In this document: piece after piece, positions 1-12,900 of the stretch
How the letters are laid out: each line of letters starts with the position of its first letter
Numbering within the stretch: position 1 is the first letter of the stretch
Source: Catajapyx aquilonaris
Lineage: Eukaryota
Assembly (NCBI GenBank): GCA_000934665.2
Contig: KZ538466.1
Location: 1-64,000 of the forward strand
Length of the DNA: 64,000 nt
Reading direction: 5' to 3'
Made by a program: the position numbers and the translations under genes
Notes under the pieces: model-generated
Told to the model about the DNA's origin: nothing
Databases searched by the model: none
The model's input: the letters and a program-made list of their open reading frames with translations, nothing else

Positions 1-103
1 GCGCCAAACTACTCTACTCGCACGCGCGAGTAGAGTAGTTTGGCGCGTGAAAAGCCAAATTCGCCGCGATTTTTCGACAATTCGCAGATATGAGAATAGA
101 CCT
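1..103. mobile_element. Right part of a probable palindromic MITE (PIF/Harbinger-like end), truncated by the window edge
   Basis: Perfect 21-bp inverted repeat 1-21/26-46 (GCGCCAAACTACTCTACTCGC, 4-nt loop). The segment ends ...GAGAATAGACCT followed by TTA (104-106), which resembles a Harbinger-type terminus plus TWA site. The left end is not visible. Confidence 0.45.
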
Positions 104-1348
104 TTAGGCTTATTGTAATTATTCTTAAAATGACGAACCATACTATTGTTCATCACTATGCAGATCTGGACCTAGGTTATGAAACTCAAGAATCACTAAA
201 GCGGAAAGTGCACCTCCTAGCAGGCAGGATATTTGTAAATTTGGGAAGGGCCAACAAGCATCACTTTAATAACAGTATCTGGAACTTTACGCACGCTAAA
301 CTGCCAGCCGTCATCCCTTGATAAGCTAAAATAACTCCGCAGACTATTAATCTAATCTCCTTTCCACCGTGAGGATTAACAAACACGGGCGCAATTCATT
401 TCTAAACCTTCCCGAAAAGCATGAATAATAATTAGGCCAGGAAGCCCGTTGATATGGACCTTCTTCTTCCCCTCTTCTCCCCCTCCCCCGATATATATTT
501 AAAAACTCCCCTCATCCACAATTAGAAAGTAGGTATACCTCCCATTGTCACACTTGTTTCAAAAAACCGCTTAGAAATTCTTGTCAAATCTGGAATATCC
601 AACTTTGAGAGCTTAGAGAAGTTTTGAGAGAACTTGTACCTTACATGTTAATAACGTGTATCGTTAGGATCTTCTCTAGAGCAATTTGGGTCCATACTTT
701 TCCATTGGCAACTTTGCTCTTTTTATGGGGTGAGATAGAAGGTGGNGGGGGGGGGGGGGGGGGGGGTTAGGCAAAGAGCCAAGTCGCTGTGGCAAAATGG
801 GGTGAATCCATAGAAGAGAGGAAGGGAAGCGGAGATGACAGTCCTGCGTAGTTTGAATCGCCTCTTTCCAAAGGCTTCGTTTTCTCTTTTGTAATACTAA
901 TAATGCTATTACTTTGAACTCAGCTCGCAAATGTACTAGCCGAGCGGTTTTTAAGGGGGTTGTGCTTAGCTGGGGGGTGCATATTAGACGTGTTGATGGA
1001 GCATGATTAGGCTTGAAGTGTAAGTTGAACCAGGTCTTAATTACAAGCCGGTGTAGCTATACCAGGTTGAATTTTTCGTGTGAAAAATTTCTTTTGAAGC
1101 AGTCACAGTGGTCGAAAATATTAGCTAGTATAGAACTAATAACTTATATAGTAACATAATTCTATAGGTTTCCATACAGAACGATAGGTAGTAAACATTT
1201 TGTTATATAAACAAGGTGTGCATTAGTAGGTTCCTCGCGATATTCCATTTCAAAATTACCTAATTGATTTTGAAAAATTCGAATCCGTTACAGTGATATT
1301 GACATGTTAAGGTTACACATGTATAGGTGTAGAGTATTTAAAGGTAAC

Positions 1349-1491
1349 GGGTGGAATTTTCTTTCCACTGCTAGTTACTGCTAACTTAGAAGTACCAGTG
1401 CAGTACAATGCTACTGCTAAGGTAGAAGTAACTAAAATTCGAGTGCGGATCATTTCCGAACTACCCTAGCAGTGGGAAGAAAATTCCACCC
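1349..1491. mobile_element. 143-bp MITE with 26-bp TIRs (GGG...CCC termini, possibly PIF/Harbinger-like)
   Basis: GGGTGGAATTTTCTTTCCACTGCTAG (1349-1374) and its inverse (1466-1491) differ by 1 mismatch; AAC flanks both sides (possible 3-bp TSD). Confidence 0.8.
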
Positions 1492-1876
1492 AACATTTAT
1501 AATGGTGCTATATAAAAATTCTAAGTAGCCCATATTATTAATTTTATTTATTTGCTGCTGCGAGTATATGGAAATGATATAGGCCTACTATGTCCATATA
1601 CAGTGTATGAAGGATTTGATATAGCGACATATTTTTGTCTATTAATTCAAAGTCTCGTCGACGTGACAACAGACCTATTTCATACAAAAAATTCCTACCT
1701 CATTACCTGGAAGTTTTCCCTACGTTGCATCAGTTACGGTGGAATGGCTATATATTATAAAATAATATTACAGTTTTCTGGAGGTCAAAGATATGCTGCA
1801 TTCCAAAGCAATAAAGTTAGGGAAGGCACACTGCTATAAAGTCAATTTGAAAATATCCCGGCTTGCTTTAAAAATG

Positions 1877-2800
1877 CTCACAAGGGAAGGTCACGTGGTG
1901 ATAATGACGGACCTTGATGAAACTTAACATACCAATAAAGGACAATATATGATACCCAAAAATGAAATATTTCGGGCTGACGCCCATATTTGCAAAAGTT
2001 ATGACGTCTTAAATTGCCAAAAATAATACATTTTCATACACAATAGATTACATTAGCAACCACATATAATGACATTGAAGTGTGTAAACAGTTTTAGATT
2101 TTTTCTCATCGAAAAAAAGTCTTCTAGAACGGCTCTGTCTGTCCGTCTGTGGACAGGTATCAAGGCCTAAACCGTAAGAGTTAGCGACAAACTGTTTTCA
2201 TATTCGGATTGAGCGTGACCAAAATAGGTTTCATGGTCAACTTCCGGTTTTCCGGGCGTTCACTCTATCCTCACAAGTCTACTTTACGGGCGGGTTATCG
2301 TTGGATTTCGAAGTTAGTTTCTGTGTATTCCTGACCGTGTTTTTCTAAATCCAATGATAAGTAGACTTGTGCGGATAGAGTGAACCCGGAAGACCGGAAG
2401 TGGCGGGTCACCGGAAGTTGACCATCAATCTATTTTGGTCACGCTCGATCCGAATATGAAAACCGTTTGTCGCTAACTCTCACGCAGCTCTTACGGTTTA
2501 GGCCTTGATACAATGATACCTGTCACAGACGGACGGACGGCCAGGACTTTTTTCCTGATGAGAAAAGGTTAGTCTAGAAACTGATTACGCACTTCAATGT
2601 CATTATATGTGGTCGTTAATGTAATCCCATTGTGTATGACAATGTATTATTTTTGGCATTTTAAGACGTCATAACATTTGCAAATATGGACGTCAGCCCG
2701 AAATATTTTATTTTTGGTTATCATATAATTATTGTCCTGTATTAGCATGTTAAGTTTCATCAAGATCCGTCATTATCACCACGTGACCTTCCCTTGTCAG
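1877..2800. mobile_element. ~920-bp foldback (almost entirely palindromic) non-autonomous element, copy 1
   Basis: CTCACAAGGGAAGGTCACGTGGTGATAATGACGG... is mirrored by ...CCGTCATTATCACCACGTGACCTTCCCTTGTCAG. The arms stay complementary to about 2312/2343, leaving a ~30-nt spacer. Each arm carries a (GTCY)n/(RGAC)n microsatellite. A second copy lies at 56466. Confidence 0.92.
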
Positions 2801-4990
2801 TTCAGACACCCCTTTAGAGATTTGATGCTGCCGTAAACGATCAGTGTTGGGTGACCCTCCAGCTCCTCCACCGAGGGATAAATACAATGGGGTCAATATT
2901 TGCTAAAGGGTCAAATTTAGTACAGTAAAGAAAGTTGTTATGTTACAGCGATAATTTAGGTCCTGTATTCTCCGACAGTGTGGAAGATTGCATTATCATG
3001 TCGCGAAATTTCATCATAAATTTTTCAAGATAATCATCTTCTGCTGTCATTGTCGTAACGATCGATTAAACCAATTTTCGTATGTGTTAAAACCTTTTAT
3101 TAGACAAATGTTAAAAGCATACTTCCCATACCTTCAAGATTGGTACTAACATTTTCATCTTAATAAATTTACACACTTGCATTTATTAAATTAGTTTATC
3201 ATAAAATTTGCGACAAATTACCGGTGTATAATATTATTTTCGAAACTATACGGAGACAGAAATGATTTATGATAAAATGTAATGACATTACAATATTAAT
3301 ACACACAGTAAGATAATGCAGGAAATAAATTATTGTTAGAAACTAACTTTTGATACTATATCGGTACTCAACTTGACCCTTGTGCAAATAAATCCAAAAT
3401 ATCAGTTTATGAATATATGGTGCTAATGTTTCGCTGACTCGTCTTATGGCATGTGCATACTGTGAAGTGTATACTACTGTACTGCACCTAAAACGTGACA
3501 TATTGTATAGGCTACATAAGTAGTTGACCATTTGCAGCACTGAGGCAACATATTGTACCTTTACCGAATATTGACCCAAGTATAACGATGGTTCCACGTG
3601 ATGGTTTCCACAATATCCAGCGAAGCAAACACATTTCCAGCTCAAACCGCATGTGGATTTGAACAATGTGTGAAAATGTTCATTTCAGCATTTCGAGCCC
3701 CTGCCTGTAAATTCATTTATTTCGATTGCAACACGGGTTTTCGCAGCGCAATGCATTATCATGAGATTTGCCTGTAAATTCAACACCAATGCACCTCCCC
3801 ACATCCAAAACTTCCCCAAAACTCACCCTCTCTCTCTATGCCATTCTGTCGCTTCTGCCATATACATACATCCAGGTCCAAATTCACACCAACTCATATA
3901 CACTCTCCCACGAACAATCACAATTTCAGCACCCATCGATCTAATTACAAACTTTCAAAATCTAGCCATATGCAATGCTCTTTGTTTCCCACACATCAAC
4001 AACAAATAGAGACTGTTTCTTACTATACGTACTAGTACACGTATTACACTGCGAAAGAGGCGACCTCGCAATATACTGTCAGTAGTGATGATCATGTTCT
4101 TATCCTGCTTTCTAGGCAACCACAGTAACTGCGCTGGTACACCCGGGTCCACCTACAAAGAGGCGAAGTGTGTGTTGCCGCCTGTGTCTAGGGGCAGACA
4201 AATGTGGTCGTCTACCTCGTTACAGGTTGGTCCATCGACATTTCTTTCCCCTACATTTTCGACTTGTTTTGGACCAACGAGTACTCTACCGGCCGGATGA
4301 CATACTAGTAAGAAACACCCTGTAGAGCCCTTCCCCTATACGGAAATCCCGGAAGCAATACGTTTGCTTAAACAGACTGGGGGAAGGGAGTGGGTGGGGA
4401 AAAAAGTGATTTTGGAGGATCAATGCAAGTCCTTACAATATTGCAAAGGGAGAGATTGGGCGCAGTAACGTACACATCGTTCAGTCCAACTTTCCATTTT
4501 CTCTAATAGTCTCCTTGGACTTGATAGCTCCGTCATTTGCGACAGGAAATAAACGCAACCGGCCTTATCGGAAAGGTTGAAAAAAGGCTGCCAGGGGGAT
4601 GAGTTGTGGAAAAGCACGGCCCCAGAATTTCAAACGCGGAATTTTAAAAAACTATACCCCCCTCCCCCTACACCGCGTCGTCTAAAAATTGCAGGCCATA
4701 AAAACTGCAGCAGTTCATTTGCATGCATATTTATACATGTTATGTGGACGGCTAGCGGGGAGCGAGGTTAGGTCTAGCTCAGTTTTTATATGCCATGTTG
4801 CAAGTCCCTAACGTTGTGCGTCTACCACTCATTCAAAATTAGGCACATTGCAGAATGAATAAATGTAAGGTGCATCAATGTTCTGATAAATAATAGTTTT
4901 AACTAATACCGCACACAACGATTCGTTATTAACGTTTTATATGTTATACTTCTCACAGCCTAACTTCTCAAAAAATAGGCATGTCCTTAA

Positions 4991-5409
4991 AGGGACTCAA
5001 CCACTCAAAAAAAAAACAACTTTGGCTCTAAAAATCGGGCAAAAAATCCCGAACCCGAAGGTGCAATCCGTTTTTCGCTACGCGGAACGGTAATCCCAGG
5101 GCGAGGGGTCAAAGTGGGGTAATTCAAATAGTGAGATAGAAACTGTCCGTCCGCCAGCGACGCCCTCGGGACCTTGGGAACTGGAGGGCTGCTCCCGCCT
5201 GCCCACGCGCTTAGGCCCATCCCAGAGCGGTGCAGCCTTCCAGTTCCCCTGTTTCCCGCGTGGCGGCGCCGCTCATTAGCAGACGACACACTTTGACACC
5301 TCGCCCTGGGATTACCGTTTCGCGTAGCGAAAAACGGGTTGAACCTTCGGATTCAGGATTTTTTGCCCGATGTTTAGAGCCAAACTTGTTTTTTGAGTGG
5401 AGTGTCCCT
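4991..5409. mobile_element. Kolobok-like MITE with ~135-bp TIRs
   Basis: TTAA|AGGGAC...GTCCCT|CTAA; long inverted arms 4991-~5126 and ~5289-5409 enclose a GC-rich core. A TTAA target and purine-purine termini are Kolobok hallmarks. Confidence 0.8.
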
Positions 5410-6829
5410 CTAATATTGTGACCTCTGGTGTCTGGCAACCTAACCTCCTGGGGGACTGCACATGGCCCAAAAGCCTAGACAATGCACCTGCACAAGTGTC
5501 CCCTCCCCAAAAAATCCCTTTCCCTACCCTATATCCTGAACCAGTCCTTGCACGGAGATTGAAGTTAAATAGAAAACTGTATGATGGTCTGCCACCCCCC
5601 TAAACGAGCCGAAGGCTCGAGCACGGGGTATCAATTTTTTTTAAATATTGTGACCTCTGTGGTTAAGCCATATACACGGTAGGGTTTCAAAAGAAGATTT
5701 CTTATATACCGCACTGTACCACCATTCCCTAAGGCCCTCTGCTCCACCAATCAGATCACTTAGGACGTCTGGAGGTTGCAGAGGTCTCCACCTACTTTTT
5801 GAGGAGTGATTTTGTGGGTACTGTAAATGCAGCAGCAACGATGTGTGCCTAATTGCAACATACCAACATTCAATCTGATTTTAAAACACGTATACCACCA
5901 CGACAAAATGCAATTTGCCTACAGCCACAAACGCATCAGAAAATCTAGCACCGAGAACATTTGCAACCTACAAAATTATGCACAAACTCTATCCTGATTC
6001 TAATAATGGTAAGCTAATCATACCCCTGCATCTAGGATATTACACACATTATTCCATCACATAATACAAACCCTCCAAGTCTCTCAGAAACTAATTTTGG
6101 AAGGAGAAATTACAACAATACCCAGACAGCAACTATGAATTTTGGTCTAGTGTAGGTCAGCCGATTTCCTTTGCTCCAACCTCCCTTGTTTTAGAAGGGA
6201 AGTGAATTGATTACAAGGGAAGAAAGTGGCGAGGATCACGTCAATCCTTTTCCCTAACTCGTAGCCTCGTCTGCCTTCGATTTTCTGCCGTCACCAAAAA
6301 AGGAAGAGAGGAAGAGCAGAAGCCCCACGTTTTCCGACCCATCTCCGCAAAAGTCTGCAATCTCACCCTTGGAAATTTTACGAGGGGAATTTGCCTCCCC
6401 CCCAGACTTCACGCAGAAGACGAAAAAAAAGCAACCGTTTTAAAGTAATGGTGAGATTTTGGTGCTTACATAGTTTTTTTTATTTGTTTTATATTGCGAA
6501 TGTGGTATAAAATAAGGTATAAATCATTTTTCGATTATTGGTATTGCAAAAAATGATATTATGTAATACTTAATATAGGCTGATCTTTCCTGGACATAGA
6601 CGCCTATTTTGAGAGACAACTATACCCAAAAGCGATCGCCGTAGCTGGTTATGTGCATGTAGTGATTGACACTAGAGGTCAGGCGTTGACAGATCGTTTG
6701 ATGGAGAAGCCACGATATGCCTGGCGGCCAGGAATCAAAATTTGGATAGTGTTGTAACAATGCACCAGGAAAATGACTTTCCCTATCAGTGATTTTTTTT
6801 GTGTAAAATGTGGTGTTCTAAGTAACGTA

Positions 6830-6953
6830 CTTTCGAGGCCACTTTATCCTGGTCTTGAAGCAACCCTTCACACACACACCCTCACCGTGGGACATGTGCG
6901 AAGGGTTGCTTCATGACCAGGATAAAGTGGCTAAAACTAATTGAGACCGATAG
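6830..6953. mobile_element. Short palindromic MITE, 'CTAT' family copy 1 (left end partly deleted)
   Basis: GCCACTTTATCCTGGTCTTGAAGCAACCCTTC and its inverse surround a CA-rich spacer; the right end is CCGATAG|TA. Homologous to 42338 and 60242. Confidence 0.85.
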
Positions 6954-9900
6954 TACTCGTACAGTAAACAGTACAGGGAGCATCGAAAATTTTGAAATGT
7001 TAAAATTGCTGTCTATTGGTATGTTTTATTCATGGTGTCCACCATGTCAAAAATTGTCATGCCTGACACACATTTTAAAAATGGGAGTAAAATCATGATT
7101 GGAAACTGAAACGAGAAGAGAAACGGTTCTGCAAATGTAAAAGAACTTTCAAAAAAAAAAAATCAAACTTTGTTATAGGCCGAGCTTGGCCATTTCTTCC
7201 ATCATATCCTTCTCCTTCGCCAACTTTCCCCATTGGATGGGCGGTTGAGAAGTGGGGCGGATAGTACAGCATTCTCCTTTTTATATGTACAGTATACCGG
7301 TACTCCAATCCAGTGGAGCCTCCACGAAACGGAGATAGGAGGAGACGGAGCGAAAAATAAATCTCGCATCGATTCTGAAGCGTTTCTTACTCTTTTTCTT
7401 TGTAACAAAGTCATCAATTTTCTGAGCCGAACTTATTTGAAAAGAAGTCCCCAGAACCCCCAAAAAATAGTGCAACATGTTTGGCAAAAAAAACATGTAA
7501 TGAACAAAAAAAAAGTAGGGTGTAGGCCAATATTTTGTCGACGTTGAAATCTGGAGTGAAATATAAGTGTCGTATATTCCTAGACATTTCATTCCTTCCT
7601 CTGAGTCCGAGTGTCGACTGGCATCAGGCTCTTTCCCGACCAACCCGGTCGATGGCAGCAGCTTTCAGACCTCCCATGACGTCCTACTTCACGTTAAGGG
7701 AACCCCCCCCAAAAAAAGCTACCAGGTCTCCACACTCAGCACGAAAAAAAGCGAGAAAGAGAAAAAAAAGCGAGAAAAGAAAAAAAAAGCGAGAAAAAAA
7801 GTCGATCCCTGCAGGCAAACGAAATTCGAAGGATAGAAATTCCCAGGTGTGCGACGATGAAGTAAAGGACAAAACTTTTTGGAAATTTCCCGAGTTGGAC
7901 AACACGATACCCCGTAGCCTACCTGCAGTCATACAAGGGAAAGCAAATCGACTCCCTAGTGTAAAGCTGGCGTAAGATATAAAATTTTTAAGAGTAGGTC
8001 CTACGAGTTAAGGCATGGAAAAATGCTTATTTTAAACACCTATAGGTGTAACTGGAGATGCCTAGAGGGCAGCGAACCTGTTTATTTAATCTGCTTATTG
8101 TGTTCGTCTCGTGATGTTGTAACGATCATGTGACCTGAAAAGCTGCAAGCTCGTACAAAATGGCAAATATTTTCAGATATTTGAACTCAGGTGTTGACAT
8201 TTTCATGTCATGTTACAGGCTATACCTTTAAAATTTTGCGAACGAAATATTATTCATATTCTCCGACGATCGATTACAATTTTTTCGAAAAAAAGTGTCA
8301 AAAGGGATGTCGCCAGAGTGGGAATATTTTTTCCATCTCTATATACTATGCAAAAAAGGCCGTTTGTAGCACCTCAATTAATAACGGCTCCACGTAGTGA
8401 AAACATTACTATGTGTGCCAAAACCGGATTTTCCGCATGTACTGCACAACACCCCTAGTTCTGAACAATTTTTACGTTACAGTAAATCTTTACCCTTTGG
8501 CTAGGAAGTTTCAAATAGAAAAAATCATTCATAACATATTTCCGCACTGTTTGTTTCAGTAGTGGTAACAACTAAGTATATTTCCCCTAGGCTGTCAAAA
8601 AAAATCTCCATATATATTCCTGGCTCTATACAACCATCAGCACTCCATTTTCCGTTTCCCCCACAGACTTCATCTTTAGAGAGTGCTGATGTTGCTAGGA
8701 TACGTTCGGTCAAAACTTTTTGGACAGTATAGTTTACCGACGTCTGCGCCTCTTCCCCTTTTTCTTAAAAATTGCACCTTTTTTCCCCTTTACAATAGGC
8801 AGTTTCAATTCATGTTTCATATGTGTAAATCATGCACTACGTTTATCCTGGACTGTCGTTTTTTCGGGTATTTTAAAATTCATTAAAATCAGGTATTGTA
8901 TATTTCTGGTTCAATCTGTGACTATCACGTATACTTCAAACCGTACAAAAAAACCACGCACACTTACGTTGTGCCATCTATATCCACCCAAAAAAAATCA
9001 ATCCCATGACACAAAAAAAAACACCAACCGTAAAACCCCAACATCAGAGACCCCCAAAACAAAATTTAAATATAGCCTCACTTCGCCAGCACGAGGCACG
9101 TAAAATCCCCTCTTGTATTCTTGGGCTCTTTAAAATTTAACAATACCCCCGGCTTGCTGTGTGGGTTTAAACGACGTAAATGTACCCACAAGTACAACCA
9201 GCAGTTAGTTTGGGTGGCACAGAGCTTACGAACCGAGAGGAAATCCTTCAACTGAATTTCAGCTACCATTTTCAGGCACACTCTTGTTTGAGATATAGAA
9301 GGCAACAGTGCGGAATATCGGCGGATTAGAACCCCCCCTTCCCTATTCCCCCCCTCCTTCCCTCCCTTTGAAACAAGAGGGTGGGATGGGAGGTGAGGGA
9401 GCTTGAGGGGGGGGGGGGGGTGAGCACTGCATTACACGCCCATAAATCTAGGTCCCAGTGTTCGACCGGATGAACTTCCTAGGGGGCATGTCTCTGCTTC
9501 CAGACATTTCTCGGACTCTCACTCCCAAAAAGACCTTCCAAAAAAGAGAGGTACAAAGCTCATTTGGTAGGGGGAGGGTTTAAAAAAAAAATTGTAGACT
9601 ACCACATCATTCGTACTGGTACCATAAATTCGCCGCTTAATTCCTAGGGAGCATGGCGACCCCCTCCCTAGTCTCCCTACTAGAGTCCAAAAGTCCAGGG
9701 CTGTTTATTACTCGAGGTTGGACGTGGGGGTACCACAAATTGCTTCCAGGACTGTCCCCTCGTCCAGCTCGTATTACTTTTTTTTTCGTGTTTTCTCCAG
9801 GGGTGACCTGGGTTAAGATGATGGCGTTGGGTTATTGTAATGTCATGCTTGGACGTGTTGGAATCTTAAGATGGCAAAGCAGAGTTGGGGATGTGGGTAA

Positions 9901-12900
9901 TTCAGGGTGGTTTTTTACATCTGGGATACATGTTAAAGGTTGTGTATAAAATGGCAAGAATAGTGAATAAAAGGTGACATAAAATGTGTCAAAAAAATAT
10001 TGAATTGAACGTGTTTTGTGTTATGGATATTTTGATGTTGTGCATGAATTTTCGGCCACCCTGTGTGGCGTGATTGCTTCTTTAACATTGCATATGGAAC
10101 GAGGTATGTTCCAAGCATGCGAAATTCGTCAAGTATCGCTATAGTATTGCATCGGAGTCCAAAAGTTGTTTTCAGCCCGTTTGGAATGACTTTTGCGAGC
10201 CATTTAGGGAAAGGCTTCATGTGAACTAAATTTACATGTGATACTGTAACCTGGTATCGCTTCGAGCCAAGTCCATTTGCTTACAAGAGTGCTGGCAGGG
10301 GGTAATCTAAACCCCGGGAAAACCATACCCTCCAAAGTGGCGAAGTAAACATGCAATTCAATATCCATAATTCACATTAACAGACCCCAGTGTCGGTAGT
10401 TTCCCCTTTTTTTTGAGAAAAAAATGGTAAAATATAAAACTCGATTCCAATTCGATAAGCCCGCCACATGAATATTATATTCCCACGTTGGTCTTTCGCG
10501 AATCTACAGAAATATTTTTTTTACATACAATAATCATATGATAATGATGTTGAAAAAGAAGCAATTTCCAATTACCCAAGTTCCTTCTACCTAGCCCATA
10601 CCCGAACGCCCTCTATTTTTTTCATCTTCCTCCAGTCAACCAGCTTTATAGCATCCATTATAAGGAGGCTTAGGGAAAAGTTCGCAGCTGCCTCGAGGTT
10701 AGCGAATTATCATTTTAATAAGCAATCTTTTACGCCGTTTCGCGGCCTCGTTTTTAAACCTGCGAGGGATCAGGCCAAGGGCTTTGTCAGTGCCAAAACC
10801 CTAAAAAATAAAGGTGTGCTCAGGATAAACAAAAATGGTGAGAAAATATATACACTTCGTTTTCTGTAATTTGCCTATTTAAAAAATTAACATCATATAG
10901 ACTATCCATTTTCAGTAACTGGTCACTTGGTAGATCCAGAAAAAAATATATACAACCTGTGTAAATTTCAGCATGGATAATGGCACTGTTCATGGAATGG
11001 CGCAGAAAGACCTGAGGAAAGAGAAGGTAGGCGTAGATCGATGCAAAAGCTGCATCTGCAGCCAGCAGCCCACGCCCGGATATATAGACTCCTAGCCACA
11101 GTCTGTTTCCGGGGAAAATCCGGACCCAGCCCCCTGCAACCAGGGGATGGAGGGGAGAACCAGGGAGGGAAAAATTCGACCCCCTCCCCACCCTCCAACT
11201 CCTCTGGTGTGCTCAACTCCCGCAACAAATTGCAGTCAACTCAAAAAGACAGGGGATTAAGATTATTCTAATGAAATATTCTCAAGTTGCCGCCCTCAGG
11301 CCTTCACCCTGCCATCCATAATACTTTATTAGACAGAGAAAAGGAATTCGGAGAATTCTCATCATTGACTAATATCGCGCAGGAGAGAGGAAAAGGGGCA
11401 GAGAGAGAGGGGGGGGGACAAGACGAGAGGATTCGGATCATATTGGAGGGGAATTTATTATGTTAGATGAAGGAGGCTACACGGGAGCAGTTTCCCCAAC
11501 TTCCGGACACAGGAATATCACCATCATCCTTGTATTAGGGGGGGGGGGGGGGGGGTTNGTTTAGAATGAGTCCCGCCAGAGTACGCTGGAGTCTGGGTAA
11601 CGCCTGGGATTGCATCATTGTTGCTAGGTTTTCAGCCGGAAAAATTGGGTACAGTGCCCCCCCTTGTAATTTGCGATTAAATGACTTCTGTTTGTGTACA
11701 TACAGAGGTGCACAAAAGTTGAACGTAGCCTAATTTACGTTTTAACACAGCAATTATTTAGTCTCGGTTGTGTGACAGCAAATAATTACTGCGTGTAACT
11801 TTGTTCCAGTCAAATAGTACAGAAATATAGCTATTATTCCTCCAAACGTTTTTTTTTTTCATTGGGGAGGTCAAATTTGAATTGATACAACTTAGGGGCT
11901 ATATACGTTTTGTGGATATTCATTTCATATTTGCAGTACTGTGGGATCAATTTGGAGGGGGCCAAAAAAAATGCAATTCAAATAAGGGGGTATAGAGATG
12001 CATACTTTTCGTCTAAAATGTCGTTAAGAATGTTGGAGTAAACTCTGGACAGGCGGCGGGAAAAGCGGGAGAAAAAAAAAATCTTCTCAATCCACATGGC
12101 AGTTGGAAACGTGATGGGCGAATAAAAGCCGAGACAACCCATAGGAAATGCGAGGCTCTGAAATTTACGACATACTGGAACCATTCCGCACAAGTTTTCC
12201 CCTACATTTTTCCCTCCTCCAAACTCCAGCCCCCCCTTTTTTTACCCCCCCCCCTCCCTCCCTTGCTGCAGATTGGATAATTATATGTGGATAATAAAAA
12301 CGTGTAGTTATCAGAGAAGGAAACGATTTCTAGTAGGCTATGCATAATCGGTGCGATTTAATGCTAATTCAATTAATATGCTAATGCTCAATTGTTTTCC
12401 TGATACGATGATATTCTTGTTTTGGTGCTAATTGTGCCATCCATGCAAGCACTTTGTGTCAACAAATGGTATTAATTGAAATAATGGCATTTATTTTTAA
12501 CCCTTAACGAAGTACCGGTGTGTCAAACAATGGAATATTATTATTGGCAGACTATAGGCAGAGGTGCCAATCATGTGACGTGCATTGATTTTATGATTCG
12601 AGTATGACAAAATAGGTTCTTGAGAAGAAAATGTAGAAAGAAGAATGTTGAAAGAAAATGTTGAAAATTTCTTTAGCAAGCAAAGAGTCAATATTTTATC
12701 ATATAAAAAATGGTGTAATTTTTATTAAGAGTGGACATAAATGGGAGTCATTTGAAATTTTTAAATGTACGGGTATTTCATTTTCAAGTCCACACATTGA
12801 AAATTTCTGTACTTGTCTGTTACACTAACTAAGCAACCCACACCATGCCGTGTCCTTACAGGTGTACCGCACAGGAGATAATAATATTACGACTTGATAG

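Noticed and set aside
747..766. Poly-G tracts as functional G-quadruplex elements
   Set aside because: Many contain or abut Ns, so their lengths are unreliable, and there is no evidence beyond composition.
2969..3255. Degenerate inverted repeat, possibly an old MITE (similar weak case at 20138-20216)
   Set aside because: Too diverged to define termini or a TSD by eye.
7535..7975. 146-aa Lys/Arg-rich ORF
   Set aside because: The basic tract comes from A-rich low-complexity sequence (AAAAAAAGCGAGAAA repeats); overlapping frames are equally open and no domain is recognisable.
9630..9692. 15-nt match (GACTCTAGTAGGGAG, minus strand) to my recollection of insect miR-929-5p
   Set aside because: The seed end differs and the putative star arm pairs over only ~7 nt. 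It is better explained by local CTCCCTA repeats.
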